64,000 nucleotides of DNA, taken from a virus (taxonomy: Duplodnaviria > Caudoviricetes). This document shows, piece after piece, positions 37,176 through 47,317 of this stretch. The stretch's first letter is position 1; every line of letters begins with the position of its first letter. Where the stretch lies: positions 23,898 through 87,897 of IMG/VR virus record IMGVR_UViG_3300031519_008340, one strand, 5' to 3'. The notes below the pieces were generated by a model, which saw nothing but the letters and a program-made list of their open reading frames with translations, made no database searches and was not told where the DNA came from. The position numbers were made by a program, and so were the translations under genes.

Positions 37176-40100
37176 TTAGTTCCCTAAATTTGCAATCTCT
37201 CCTGTGTTTTTAATTCTTAATGGTATGTAGATAAATTCAACTGATTTAACTGGCTCAATTGCTATGTCAACATATAGTTCATTTCTGTCTATTCTAGTAG
37301 GTGTGTTGTTTGTATCATCACAAACTACTAAGAAGTCAAATAATGCTCTTTGTCCAACAAGTTCTAACATGAACGATTCAATTGCTTGTTTAATTTCATT
37401 TCTAGTTAATTGATCATTAGGTTCGAATATGAAAGGTTTTGCAATAGCATCTAATTGTGTTCTTAAAAACACAACCAATCTTGAAACATTTATTCTGTCA
37501 AGAGCTGATGTACCCGATACTTTAGTTAAGTTTCCAAAGTTTACTATACCTGCTCCGCTAAAGAAAGTAATTGGATTTATTTTTGCTGTGTGTAATGCAT
37601 CTCTAGTTGATTCAGTTAATGACACTGCTTCAAACTCGCCAGTAGCACTGTCTATGTGACCTACTCCTGTTGCATTGTCAACAATACCTCTTCTAGTACC
37701 CGCTGGTGCAAACCATGGGAAGCCAATGTTGTCGTTGTTTGCCAACACTCTTAATATCATGTGTGCTGGTGGAACAACAATTGCTGTACCTGTGTTGTCT
37801 GTAGTCTGACCTGAAGGATAAAATATTCCTAATTGGTCACTTGCAGATGTTAGGCCGTCTTCGCCGTCGCTTGTTGCGCCTGCTGAATTATTTGCCCAGT
37901 TGCTCACTGCTGTTGATGTACCTGCCAGTCTTAATGGTGTGTCACCTACTACAAACGCTGTACTGTTTCTGTCTGTGTTTAGGCCAATCATGTTAGATAT
38001 AACTTCTGGGTAACCAGGACAAGCAATAACATTAAATCCTCTTTGATCTTCTCTAATGGCTTGGTTTGTATCTATCTCTGATTTTAATTGATTTACAACA
38101 ACTTGTCTCTGTGCTTTTCTTCCAAAAGTTCCAGAACCGTCTGCATTATTAGTAGATTTTGTAACCCATCTGTCTGGATAGTAATTGTTTACTGTTTCGT
38201 TACTTTGTCTTACGTTTCCTAAGCCAGTTGAACCCGAACCTGGGTATACAGTTGTTGATATGTAATTGTTTTTGTATTCTTTAACATTGTATCCTGATCT
38301 TCTTGTGTTGAATAACAATATAGATTGTGGAAATAAAGCCGGATCAGGAGCATCTGGATCTAAAAAGTCATCGCTTAAAAGATCTTTTATTGAACTTGCT
38401 GTTCCTGCACCTGTAGCACTGCCTGGTTTAGCATCTGCTGTGGTATGATATCTTGCATCTGCAAATAGAACTCCGTCTTCTGTTGTTTGATCTGCTTTGT
38501 CAATTAGTTCAAATTTAGCACCTGTTGTTGTAACAGTTGTTCCATTTGAAGTGTTTGTTGAACTTATTGTTGCAGATGTGTTGTATCTGTAAAGTTGTGG
38601 ATAGTTTTCTAAGTCTGACGTGTCAATCCATAAGTCATTGTTAGCCAATGCTGTACCATCTGATTGTGTAGTTGGTTCAGTTGCACTAAACTGTGGACCA
38701 TTTGGATCTGTACTTGCATAAACTTCTAAGTAACCTTTGAACGTTGTACCATTGTGTACCATGATGTCAGCATCTAAGTTTGTATTGTACCATAATGTTC
38801 CGTCTGCTGGTTCATTTGTTGGTTCAGTTGTTGATGCTGTGTACGATAGACGCTTCCAATTTGTTGCAATTATTGTTGCTGGAAGTGCTGTTGAATCTTC
38901 TGTAGCACCTGCTGGTACATCATAAAGATTGTCTATTAATGTTGATGAATTTGTTGTGAATGTGCCATACGAATGAGCAGTTGAGGCACTAAAGCCTGCA
39001 GTTGCTAATGGAGTATTGGTTACATCATACATTCTAATCTCACCACCTAGTTTGTGTTTGATTTGAATTGCACCTTTGAATTGTCCTGAAGACACCACTG
39101 ATGCTTCAACGTTTGTAAATCCTGCACTTGATATGCCTGCTACAAAGTCTTCTGCGTCTGCAACTGTTGAACCATCTAAGTTGGAAACTGTTACAGTCTT
39201 GCTTGAAAGTGCCGCTTGTCCTTTTATAGATTCAGCCATAACAAAAGTACCCTGTAATGCAGTTGCAAATGTAGTTTTTGAAGTTACAATTGTTTCTCCA
39301 CCTTCGTATCTTAATATTTGGAAATCACCTACTGGTAATGTTACGTCAGTGTCGTTGACAGCAGTTTGTTCTGTAACATTAAATTGTGCATATAAGTCGC
39401 CTGCTGTTAATCCTGTTCCACCTAAGTTTGGATCTAAGTTGAAAATAGCAGTGTGGTTGTTAGCATACATTGGTGTACTAACTGTACTGAAAGAAGCTGT
39501 AGTTGAACTGTATAATTTTGAAATTATGTCAGTTCCACCATTAGGTGTTGTAGTTTTAAACCAAACCGATCCTGTTGGTCTGTCATCTTCTGCAGTTTTC
39601 CAAGTTGGTCTGCTAGAGTGTGCCGCTTGTAAAAATTCTGCACCTTTATAAGTGCCTGCTGTGATACCTGTTGTTGTTAAAATTGTACCTGTGCCAGCTT
39701 CGATGTCTATTGTGTTAGCACCGCCTACTGAATCACCATAGTTTGTACCGTTGTGATAAATTTCAACTTTTCCTGAAACTGCATCAACTGCCGCTGTAAC
39801 ACCTGGAACTGCCGCATTGTTTATTGAAGTTGCTAAGTTTGCAAAAGTTGTTCCTGATAAGGTTACTGTAACTCCATTTATAACAATCGTGTGTGCGTTT
39901 GTTAATGTGCCTGATGTTGCAGTTCCTTCAATTGTTGGATGACTAATGTGCCAATCAGTTGACCCTACTTGTACCCAACTGTTGGCGTCGTTTTTAAAAT
40001 ATATTGGATTAGTTACTGTTGTAGTGTTTATAGCGTATTGGCCTTTTGAACCATAACTTGTTAAAGGTGCTCCTGTAGTTGAACCTCCTACTAAGTCACT

Positions 40101-40604
40101 TGTTGACGTAATGTATTTTGCAGTAATTGTTGTAAATGCTTGATTAGTTGCTGACCATTCAAATAGTCCAATAGTTGAACTTGTAAGGTCAAACCAATAT
40201 GTACCGTTCACTGGTCTGTCAGTTGGCGCTGTTGTTGAACCAATTAAGTCGTCAGTGTCTACATTAACTCTTAAAATAAATGCTTTGTTAGCTACTCCAA
40301 GGAATGAGTAAGCCGCTTGTAGTCCATATTCATTTAATTCATAACCGTTTAATGAGTTACCCGCCGCATCTGTATAAAATTTTGGATCACCAAATGTTTC
40401 TGTTAATTCTCTTTGTGATGATATTAAAAAAGCAGTGTTAGCGTTTGCTGTTTGTGTGCCAGACGCTGTGCCGTCACCTGCTCCGTTCTTTTTGTCTTGT
40501 CCAGATGCTACTATTATAAGTGGAGTTGTACCTGCATCTGATGGTACGTAAAAACTTTCATCTACTACTGAAACGTTTACTCCTGGACTAACTAAATTTG
40601 CCAT
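37176..40604 (-). CDS. gp18: Tail sheath protein, enlarged (1142 aa)
   Basis: N-terminal LVSPGVNVSVVDES; C-terminal WFAPAGTRRG, LDRINVSRL, FIFEPND, VEFIYIP; AAGGAG SD. Confidence 0.92.
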   Translation of the reverse strand: MANLVSPGVNVSVVDESFYVPSDAGTTPLIIVASGQDKKNGAGDGTASGTQTANANTAFLISSQRELTETFGDPKFYTDAAGNSLNGYELNEYGLQAAYSFLGVANKAFILRVNVDTDDLIGSTTAPTDRPVNGTYWFDLTSSTIGLFEWSATNQAFTTITAKYITSTSDLVGGSTTGAPLTSYGSKGQYAINTTTVTNPIYFKNDANSWVQVGSTDWHISHPTIEGTATSGTLTNAHTIVINGVTVTLSGTTFANLATSINNAAVPGVTAAVDAVSGKVEIYHNGTNYGDSVGGANTIDIEAGTGTILTTTGITAGTYKGAEFLQAAHSSRPTWKTAEDDRPTGSVWFKTTTPNGGTDIISKLYSSTTASFSTVSTPMYANNHTAIFNLDPNLGGTGLTAGDLYAQFNVTEQTAVNDTDVTLPVGDFQILRYEGGETIVTSKTTFATALQGTFVMAESIKGQAALSSKTVTVSNLDGSTVADAEDFVAGISSAGFTNVEASVVSSGQFKGAIQIKHKLGGEIRMYDVTNTPLATAGFSASTAHSYGTFTTNSSTLIDNLYDVPAGATEDSTALPATIIATNWKRLSYTASTTEPTNEPADGTLWYNTNLDADIMVHNGTTFKGYLEVYASTDPNGPQFSATEPTTQSDGTALANNDLWIDTSDLENYPQLYRYNTSATISSTNTSNGTTVTTTGAKFELIDKADQTTEDGVLFADARYHTTADAKPGSATGAGTASSIKDLLSDDFLDPDAPDPALFPQSILLFNTRRSGYNVKEYKNNYISTTVYPGSGSTGLGNVRQSNETVNNYYPDRWVTKSTNNADGSGTFGRKAQRQVVVNQLKSEIDTNQAIREDQRGFNVIACPGYPEVISNMIGLNTDRNSTAFVVGDTPLRLAGTSTAVSNWANNSAGATSDGEDGLTSASDQLGIFYPSGQTTDNTGTAIVVPPAHMILRVLANNDNIGFPWFAPAGTRRGIVDNATGVGHIDSATGEFEAVSLTESTRDALHTAKINPITFFSGAGIVNFGNLTKVSGTSALDRINVSRLVVFLRTQLDAIAKPFIFEPNDQLTRNEIKQAIESFMLELVGQRALFDFLVVCDDTNNTPTRIDRNELYVDIAIEPVKSVEFIYIPLRIKNTGEIANLGN

Positions 40605-40715
40605 ATGTTTTAACTCCTTGCAAGTGTTCTATTGCTCTATTTATTGTAGTTTTCACAAAACAGCAAGAAACCGCCACTTATAAAGGTACCTATATAGGGC
40701 ACGTAAATACAGTTA

Positions 40716-41066
40716 ATGAAAAGACCGTTATGTAAAAACTGTAGAAACATGCCTCGTGCATATGCCTATAAAAAGGGTAAAGTTATCTATTGGAGAAGTC
40801 AATGTGATGCTTGTATCAGGAAGAAAAACAAGTTAAAAACAGGATACTCACCAAAATGGCATAAAGATGGATACCGCAAAAAAAGAAAGTGTGAATTGTG
40901 TGGATTCAAGCAAGTAAATTCAACTCAGATGGATGTATATCATGTTGATGGAAACAGAAACAACACTTCCGTATATAATTTAAAAACTATTTGTGCTAAT
41001 TGCCAAAGATTGAAATCTACGCAGAATCTCGGTTGGTCTCTTGGAGATCTGGAAGTAGATAATTAG
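40716..41066 (+). CDS. HNH-like zinc-binding protein
   Basis: CKNC...CDAC...CELCG...HVDGNRNN...NLKTICANCQ; TAAATA 6 nt upstream. Confidence 0.7.
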   Translation: MKRPLCKNCRNMPRAYAYKKGKVIYWRSQCDACIRKKNKLKTGYSPKWHKDGYRKKRKCELCGFKQVNSTQMDVYHVDGNRNNTSVYNLKTICANCQRLKSTQNLGWSLGDLEVDN

Positions 41067-41619
41067 TCATATCATATATTTGCTTGTATAAAGATTCAAT
41101 AGTGTTTGTATTTTCTAGAACATAATCGTAGTCAGCACCAATCCAATCCCATTCTGATTTGTGTGCGCCTGCCTCAATCATTTCTTGTTTGTTTGGCATT
41201 TTTGTACGTTTCACTAGCACAATTTTTCCGCCTTGCGCTCTTATTTGTTTTATTTCGTTTACAAATCTTGTGTCTGAAATTACTGTGTTTTTGCCTGTGT
41301 ATCTAACCATGCAAGAATCTACCCAAATGGAATCTAGCATATTGCCTCTACAAACTTCTGTGCCAAAGTATTGTAATACCCATCTTGGTGTAACAGGCTT
41401 ACCAAATTTTTTACTCCAAAAATCATCTGGCTGTTCTCTCCATACTCTAGATTCTTTTGTATCACCTTCAAGGAGTTCTCTATCCCAATTGAATATGTTA
41501 GCAACAGCATCTTTTAAACTTTTTGCAAATGAATCTTGTATAAACCCGTGATGAGACACCAGTCTGCTAGCCACAGTGTCTTTACCAGAACCAATCAATC
41601 CTACTAATCCTATTAACAT
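41017..41619 (-). CDS. gp1: Deoxynucleoside monophosphate kinase (gp1-like)
   Basis: GLIGSGKDT, SFAKSLK, PRWVLQYFGTE, VISDTRFVNE, HKSE. Confidence 0.88.
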   Translation of the reverse strand: MLIGLVGLIGSGKDTVASRLVSHHGFIQDSFAKSLKDAVANIFNWDRELLEGDTKESRVWREQPDDFWSKKFGKPVTPRWVLQYFGTEVCRGNMLDSIWVDSCMVRYTGKNTVISDTRFVNEIKQIRAQGGKIVLVKRTKMPNKQEMIEAGAHKSEWDWIGADYDYVLENTNTIESLYKQIYDMTNYLLPDLQETNRDSA

Positions 41620-41625
41620 TAAATT

Positions 41626-41654
41626 ATATTAACAGGATTTTATACGTTTTTCAA
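41626..41654 (-). promoter_or_regulatory. Sigma70-type promoter for dNMP kinase
   Basis: TTGAAA (41654-41649), 17 nt, TAATAT with TGn extension (41631-41626), 6 nt, then ATG 41619. Confidence 0.6.
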
Positions 41655-41802
41655 GTTCTATTTTTGTTTGTCTAATTGTCTTAATGATTAGGTTTCGGAT
41701 ACTTTCATTAACTGCAATTTTAGCTATATTTTCAAGTGAAGAAACCATGTCTTCTAGTTCTTTAAAGGTAAGGTTAGATATTTTTTTTGGTAGTTGCGCC
41801 AT
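41629..41802 (-). CDS. 57-aa hypothetical helical protein (not in ORF track)
   Basis: MAQLPKKISNLTFKELEDMVSSLENIAKIAVNESIRNLIIKTIRQTKIELEKRIKSC*; fills the gap after gp13. Confidence 0.55.
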   Translation of the reverse strand: MAQLPKKISNLTFKELEDMVSSLENIAKIAVNESIRNLIIKTIRQTKIELEKRIKSC

Positions 41803-41852
41803 AATGTTTGCCTGTTCGGTTTTTGTTTTATTTAATGTAGGAAGAAAAAGAA

Positions 41853-42614
41853 TTAACCGATAACAAAACTATGTGGTGTGCCACCGTCAGCAAAGTCTTT
41901 AATTTCAAGATCAAGTCGTTCCATTTCTGCAACACCTTGTAATTTAAGTTCAGCACCATTTAATGTTGTACCACCCTGTGGTCCAGCAATAGTGTTAAAT
42001 TTTCCTCTGGCTTCACCTAATATAGTTTTGCAAACTGCAAGTGTGTAATCTCTTATCCACGGTTTAGAATAGATATCTTTTAGCAGTGTAATATCAGGTC
42101 TAAAGTTATCAGTGTGCATAAGAATTGTTTCATCATCAGCTCTTGGACGCTGTGTGATTGTTAATTGTTTTGTTGCAACATCATAGTGAAACTGAATAAA
42201 ACTGCCAAATAATTTCCCAACTAATTCTTGATAACTTGCAAAAGCATAGTAAGTTGCAAGGCCACCTGTGGCACCTGCTCTTAAAAGATATGTGTTTGTG
42301 TAGGCTAGGTTAAACGGTTCAAACAGTGTACCACCTTCTCCGCCTTCGGTTCTAGAGCCAACTGTTCTTCTAAACAATTTTCTCACATTAATAACTTCGT
42401 CTGGCAAAATGTATTTGTTCTGGTTCTGTTTTAAAGTTAAAAAAGCATAAGATTCTTCAACAGCATTTGATGATCTCTGTCTGTATCTGTTTATTGCTCT
42501 TTCTAGTGCAGTTTCGTAGTGTTTTGGGTCCAATTCAACCTCAATCATGCCCTCACCAAGATTATTTTTGACATAATCGAATACTTCTTGTTGCATGGTT
42601 TGTAGTTCTGACAT
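41853..42614 (-). CDS. gp13: Neck protein gp13-like
   Basis: LGEGMIEVEL, WIRDYTLAVCKTILG, GPQGGTTLNG; start 42614 is 5 nt after TAAATA. Confidence 0.82.
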   Translation of the reverse strand: MSELQTMQQEVFDYVKNNLGEGMIEVELDPKHYETALERAINRYRQRSSNAVEESYAFLTLKQNQNKYILPDEVINVRKLFRRTVGSRTEGGEGGTLFEPFNLAYTNTYLLRAGATGGLATYYAFASYQELVGKLFGSFIQFHYDVATKQLTITQRPRADDETILMHTDNFRPDITLLKDIYSKPWIRDYTLAVCKTILGEARGKFNTIAGPQGGTTLNGAELKLQGVAEMERLDLEIKDFADGGTPHSFVIG

Positions 42615-42657
42615 GCACATATTTACCGTTAACATCATTACAATAAATATGTGTGAT

Positions 42658-43827
42658 ATGCCACGACTATCTATTTTTAAGCCAGAAAAAGGCCATGACT
42701 ATAAATTTTTTGATCGTAACATTAAAGAGATGTTTACAGTCGGCGGTACAGATGTGCATTTCCACAAATATCTAGGACCGTATAAACAAGGTGATACTAA
42801 CAAAGATGGGGCGGCATCACCAACACAACCAAATTACGCATCCAGCGAAACTAACGAAAGAACCATTCAAGATTTGTTGTTTTTAGAAAACAGGGACAGA
42901 CAATATGCACCTGACATATACACAATAAGAGGCATATACAATGTGCAAGATGTTGATTTCAATTTAAGTCAATTTGGAATGTTTTTACAAAATGATACTT
43001 TGTTCATGACTGTGCATATGAACGATATAGTAGAGAGAATTGGAAGAAAACCAATGTCGGGAGATGTTGTTGAATTTCCGCACATGAAGGATGATTTCAG
43101 TTTAGATGCTAGTATACCAATTGCTTTAAAAAGGTACTATGTGATTGAAGATGTTAACAGAGCCGCTGAAGGATTTTCTCAAACTTGGTGGCCTCATTTA
43201 TTAAGATTAAAATTAAAAACAATTGTTGACGCACAAGAATTTAGAGACATTATTGGCGATGCTGAAACAGAAGGTTCTTTAGCAAGTTACATGAGCACAT
43301 TTAATAAAGAAAAAGATATTAATGATGCTGTTGTAAATCAAGCCGAAGAAGATGCTCCTAAGGCAGGATTCAATTATAAACAATATTATGTGGCACCTAT
43401 TGATGAAAGAGGTAACATAAGAACTAAAAATATTAACGATGATCAAACATTAGCAAGTTCAGACAATACCGTAAACGCAGTGCTTGACACACCGGCCTCA
43501 AGTCATTATGGCTTTTATTTGGACGGAGATGGTGTTGCACCCAATGGTTATCCTGCAGGATTTGGAACTAGTTTTCCTACCAGCGGAGTTGATAAAGGTG
43601 ACTATTTCTTAAGGACAGATTTTTTACCTAATAGGCTTTTTAGATATGACGGTTTAAGATGGGTGAAAATTGAAGACTCTGTAAGAATTACTAAAACCAA
43701 CAACGATAGTAGAGCTAATTACAAAACAAAGTTTATCAATGAATCAGACACGCAAACAATTAATGGTTTGACTGTAGAACAAAGACAAGCACTGACCGAC
43801 GCATTGAAACCAAAGGCTGACAATTAA
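42658..43827 (+). CDS. gp14: Neck protein gp14-like with C-terminal extension
   Basis: IQDLLFLENRDR, LSQFGMFL, GDVVEFPH; start 42658 is 8 nt after TAAATA. Confidence 0.75.
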   Translation: MPRLSIFKPEKGHDYKFFDRNIKEMFTVGGTDVHFHKYLGPYKQGDTNKDGAASPTQPNYASSETNERTIQDLLFLENRDRQYAPDIYTIRGIYNVQDVDFNLSQFGMFLQNDTLFMTVHMNDIVERIGRKPMSGDVVEFPHMKDDFSLDASIPIALKRYYVIEDVNRAAEGFSQTWWPHLLRLKLKTIVDAQEFRDIIGDAETEGSLASYMSTFNKEKDINDAVVNQAEEDAPKAGFNYKQYYVAPIDERGNIRTKNINDDQTLASSDNTVNAVLDTPASSHYGFYLDGDGVAPNGYPAGFGTSFPTSGVDKGDYFLRTDFLPNRLFRYDGLRWVKIEDSVRITKTNNDSRANYKTKFINESDTQTINGLTVEQRQALTDALKPKADN

Positions 43828-45296
43828 TGTTACATTTTTACGAAGGACAGATTAGAAAGTTTCTTACACAATTTATAAGGATTTTAAGTAATTTTTCTGT
43901 TGAGACAGGAAAAGGTAGTGATGGTGCTGTAAAACTTAGAAGTATTCCTGTGATGTATGGCGATATTACAAGACAAGTTGCTAATATTTTACGTAACAAT
44001 TCAGAAAACGCTTTACAATATACACCAAGGATGGCGGCTTATGTCACTAGTTTAGATTACGACAGAGAAAGGATGCAAAATCCTTATCATATAGAAAAAC
44101 AACATTTAAAAGAAAGACAGTTCGATGAGGCAACAGGTGAATATACGGATAAACTTGGTGCAGGCTATACAGTTGAAAAAGTTATGCCATCTCCTTTTAG
44201 ATTGAACGTGGCGTGTGATATTTTTACAACAAATACAGATCAAAAATTACAAATTTTAGAACAAATATTATATCTTTTCAATCCAGATTTTGAAATTCAA
44301 AAGTCAGACAATTACATAGACTGGACCAGTTTAAGTTATGTAGAACTAACAGATATTTCATTTAGTTCAAGAACAATTCCTGTTGGCGCTGATTCAGAAA
44401 TAGATGTTGCTAGTATAAAATTTAGTATGCCAATTTGGTTAAGTCCACCAGTTAAAATATCTAAACTAGGCGTGATACAAAAAATTATTATGAGCATATA
44501 CGACGATGACGGCGGTATTACGAAAGGATTAATTGATGGTGATTTAATTTCTAGACATTATATTACTCCAAACAATTTTAATGTCCTTTTAACAGGCAAT
44601 CAACTAAGACTAATTGGTTCAACCGGAACTAACACCAAATCCGGCGGAGATGGTTTTTATACAGGAGCTAAAGAACCAAGCAACTTTGACCCATTAGAGC
44701 CGTTTGGTCCTCCAGTAAATTGGAACATACTTTTAGATCAATATGGAAAAATTACAAATGGCACTAGCCAAATAAAATTACAGCAAGAAGGTGGAAACGA
44801 AATAGTAGGCACTATATCAACTACTCCCCTGGACGAAACTATATTGTTATTCAACATTGATAATGATACTATACCTGCAAACACCTTGACTGCTGTGTCA
44901 AAAATTATAAATCCTTTAACTTACAACCCAGGCACTCCAAATTCAAATGTGAGATTTTTAATCACTGATCAAATAGGTGACTCAACAAACACAATTGATG
45001 CAGAAGCATGGGGTAATTTAAGAGCTGGAATAAATGACATTATTCAATATAACACTACCGAAGGCAAATGGGAAGTTGTCTTTGATGCATCTAATCCGGA
45101 CTCTACACAAAATTACGTAACAAATTCAAACACAGGTATACAATATAGATTCAATGGTACCAGCTGGGTCAAATCATACGAGGGTATCTACATTGCTGGT
45201 AAATGGACTATGGTTTTACCAGGTGGCTCTACGCAGTACAACGCTGATGAAGATGTTTCAGGACAATCAGGTTCAGGTTCAGACGTCAATCATTAA
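43827..45296 (+). CDS. gp15: Tail terminator/sheath stabiliser gp15-like with C-terminal extension
   Basis: HFYEGQIRKFL, IPVMYGD, PRMAAY, QILEQILYLFNP; follows gp14. Confidence 0.78.
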   Translation: MLHFYEGQIRKFLTQFIRILSNFSVETGKGSDGAVKLRSIPVMYGDITRQVANILRNNSENALQYTPRMAAYVTSLDYDRERMQNPYHIEKQHLKERQFDEATGEYTDKLGAGYTVEKVMPSPFRLNVACDIFTTNTDQKLQILEQILYLFNPDFEIQKSDNYIDWTSLSYVELTDISFSSRTIPVGADSEIDVASIKFSMPIWLSPPVKISKLGVIQKIIMSIYDDDGGITKGLIDGDLISRHYITPNNFNVLLTGNQLRLIGSTGTNTKSGGDGFYTGAKEPSNFDPLEPFGPPVNWNILLDQYGKITNGTSQIKLQQEGGNEIVGTISTTPLDETILLFNIDNDTIPANTLTAVSKIINPLTYNPGTPNSNVRFLITDQIGDSTNTIDAEAWGNLRAGINDIIQYNTTEGKWEVVFDASNPDSTQNYVTNSNTGIQYRFNGTSWVKSYEGIYIAGKWTMVLPGGSTQYNADEDVSGQSGSGSDVNH

Positions 45297-45310
45297 AATA
45301 ATTAATACAA

Positions 45311-45739
45311 ATGGATAATAATATTATTTGCTCAGGTGCATTATTCTATGCAACAAGCACTAAAAGATTTTTGTTTTTACAAAGAAATGATCCAAAAACA
45401 AAAGGACTTTGGGGGTTGGTTGGTGGCAGAGCAAGATGGACAGAATCAGCGTTTGATGGTTTGAAAAGAGAAATAAATGAAGAAGTTGGACAAGCTCCTG
45501 CTTTTAAAAAAGTTATTCCTTTAGAACTTTTTACATCCAACGATCAAAAGTTTCATTTTAATACGTATGTAATAGCAATCGCAAATGAATTTATCCCAAA
45601 ATTGAACGGTGAGCATTCAGGATACTGTTGGACCGCATTTGGCTGTTGGCCAAAAAATCTACATGGTGGACTTAAAAATACTTTGAATAACAAAGCAATT
45701 AAAGGTAAGTTGCAAACTATACTTGATCTTATAACTTAA
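45311..45739 (+). CDS. Nudix hydrolase
   Basis: WGLVGGR...ESAFDGLKREINEEVG Nudix box. Confidence 0.85.
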   Translation: MDNNIICSGALFYATSTKRFLFLQRNDPKTKGLWGLVGGRARWTESAFDGLKREINEEVGQAPAFKKVIPLELFTSNDQKFHFNTYVIAIANEFIPKLNGEHSGYCWTAFGCWPKNLHGGLKNTLNNKAIKGKLQTILDLIT

Positions 45740-46177
45740 TTAACCAGCACTAATTTTTACAGTACCGTTATCATTCCAAAGTTGACCAGAATTGCTAGGA
45801 TCGCTAGTGGGCAAGTCTGTTGCCATTACTTTGCCTTTGTTGTTGATCATCAATGTACCGTTGTCATCAGGTAGATCTATGTTTCTTTTGGTAGTTGATG
45901 CACCTGACAAGAAGGTCTTATAACCGTCTTCTGTTTGCAGGCATAATGGAACATCACGATGTGCGTAGATGGCATTGTTGGCGATGGTTAATAGAGGTTT
46001 GTGCTGTCCGTCTTTTCTGCCAATTATCTGTATTATGCTCTGGTCTGCACCTTTCTTGTTGTCTTTGATGCTACCTTTGATCGAACCTATTCTGATCTCA
46101 TCTCCGGCATCGTTATTGCCTTTGAATTCAAGCCAAGTGTCTGCGTGGAGTGTAATATTTTTTCCTACTTTAAACAT
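45740..46177 (-). CDS. Small fibre-associated protein
   Basis: C-terminal DLPTSDPSNSGQLWNDNGTVKIS is a common fibre-tip motif; TATAAATA upstream. Confidence 0.5.
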   Translation of the reverse strand: MFKVGKNITLHADTWLEFKGNNDAGDEIRIGSIKGSIKDNKKGADQSIIQIIGRKDGQHKPLLTIANNAIYAHRDVPLCLQTEDGYKTFLSGASTTKRNIDLPDDNGTLMINNKGKVMATDLPTSDPSNSGQLWNDNGTVKISAG

Positions 46178-46193
46178 ATGTGTATGTATTTAT

Positions 46194-46224
46194 AAAAAAA
46201 AGGGCGACCGAAGCCACCCTTTTT
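46194..46224 (-). terminator. Intrinsic terminator with C(UUCG)G tetraloop
   Basis: Minus-strand RNA GGGUGGC-UUCG-GUCGCCC followed by a U tract. Confidence 0.85.
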
Positions 46225-46250
46225 AACTACTTAGGAAGTGTAGATACTTA

Positions 46251-47258
46251 TTAGTTGTTTGTTCTCACTGCACAATTTACCAAATCAACGTTGTCATCGT
46301 ATTTGTTTTCTAATGCTCTGCCAATTACATGGAAAGGATTGATTGTGTCTGAATCTGTTACACCTCTTGCTGTGCCTTTAATAGACGAAGCAACAAGTCT
46401 TTGACCTTTGCTTACTGGTCCTGTAACTCTTACAGGTGTTCTTCCTGTCATTGCCACAAAAGGATGTGAATCGTTATTACCTGCACCAGCGTTCATTGCA
46501 TATGCTGGTTTAGTTGATACAACGCCGTATACATCGTCTGAAAGTTCACTGTTAACTTCTGTAATTTCTTGTGAACCACCTAACATTACTACTGCGCCTT
46601 CCGCCATTGGAGCATCTGCGGCAAATCGCTCCGCAACGTCCGCATATTGAGCTGACGTTGAAATAGCATGAATTACGTTTGCACGTATATCTACTAAATC
46701 TCCTGCTTCTGGTGTTGAATCATTGTCTGCTGATCTTCTGAATGCTGTCCAAGCACCACCACTGTTTCCAAAAATTGTAGTACCGTCATCTTCAAAGCCG
46801 TTGTCCCAAGCCCAAAGCAAATTCATCGCTCCGGCAGTAGAACCTTCACCTCTGTTAACTTCCAAACCTGTGATGGCTGGCATGCCAAGGTCACTTGAAA
46901 TATTTCTGTTTAGTTCAATGATGTTATCTTCAACTGATAGTGTTGAAGTGTTTATTACTGTGTTGTCACCGTCTACTGTTAAGTCACCGTGTATTCTAAG
47001 ATGTCCTTCAGTAGCAGTCATGTTTGTTACACCAGCAACAGTGGTTGTGACTGATCCTGCCGCCGCTGTTACGTTGGTTGTGCCAGCTACAATAAATGTT
47101 GCTAGATCAATTTGATCGTCTACATATTTTTTATTGGCAAATTGTCCATCAGCTGATGGCGCCGCTGTTGCACCGCCTACGATGGTGTTGGCAGAAGCAG
47201 ATATTACTATATCTCCTACTTCTAAGCCGTTGTTAACTCTAAAGTTACGTGTTGTCAT
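46251..47258 (-). CDS. Tail fibre protein with C-terminal chaperone/peptidase-like domain
   Basis: LSVEDNIIELN, SAQYADVAERF, GVVSTKPAYAMN, VAMTGRTPVRV, VIGRALE. Confidence 0.7.
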   Translation of the reverse strand: MTTRNFRVNNGLEVGDIVISASANTIVGGATAAPSADGQFANKKYVDDQIDLATFIVAGTTNVTAAAGSVTTTVAGVTNMTATEGHLRIHGDLTVDGDNTVINTSTLSVEDNIIELNRNISSDLGMPAITGLEVNRGEGSTAGAMNLLWAWDNGFEDDGTTIFGNSGGAWTAFRRSADNDSTPEAGDLVDIRANVIHAISTSAQYADVAERFAADAPMAEGAVVMLGGSQEITEVNSELSDDVYGVVSTKPAYAMNAGAGNNDSHPFVAMTGRTPVRVTGPVSKGQRLVASSIKGTARGVTDSDTINPFHVIGRALENKYDDNVDLVNCAVRTNN

Positions 47259-47317
47259 GGTTCCATTTCTCCCGCATGATTGTTGTTAAAATGTAAAACA
47301 TTGTTTTACAATAGTAT

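Noticed and set aside
40684-40698. Overlapping palindromes AGGTACCT and CCTATATAGG between the divergent sheath and HNH promoters
   Set aside because: Short palindromes are expected by chance, and no second copy was found in the window.
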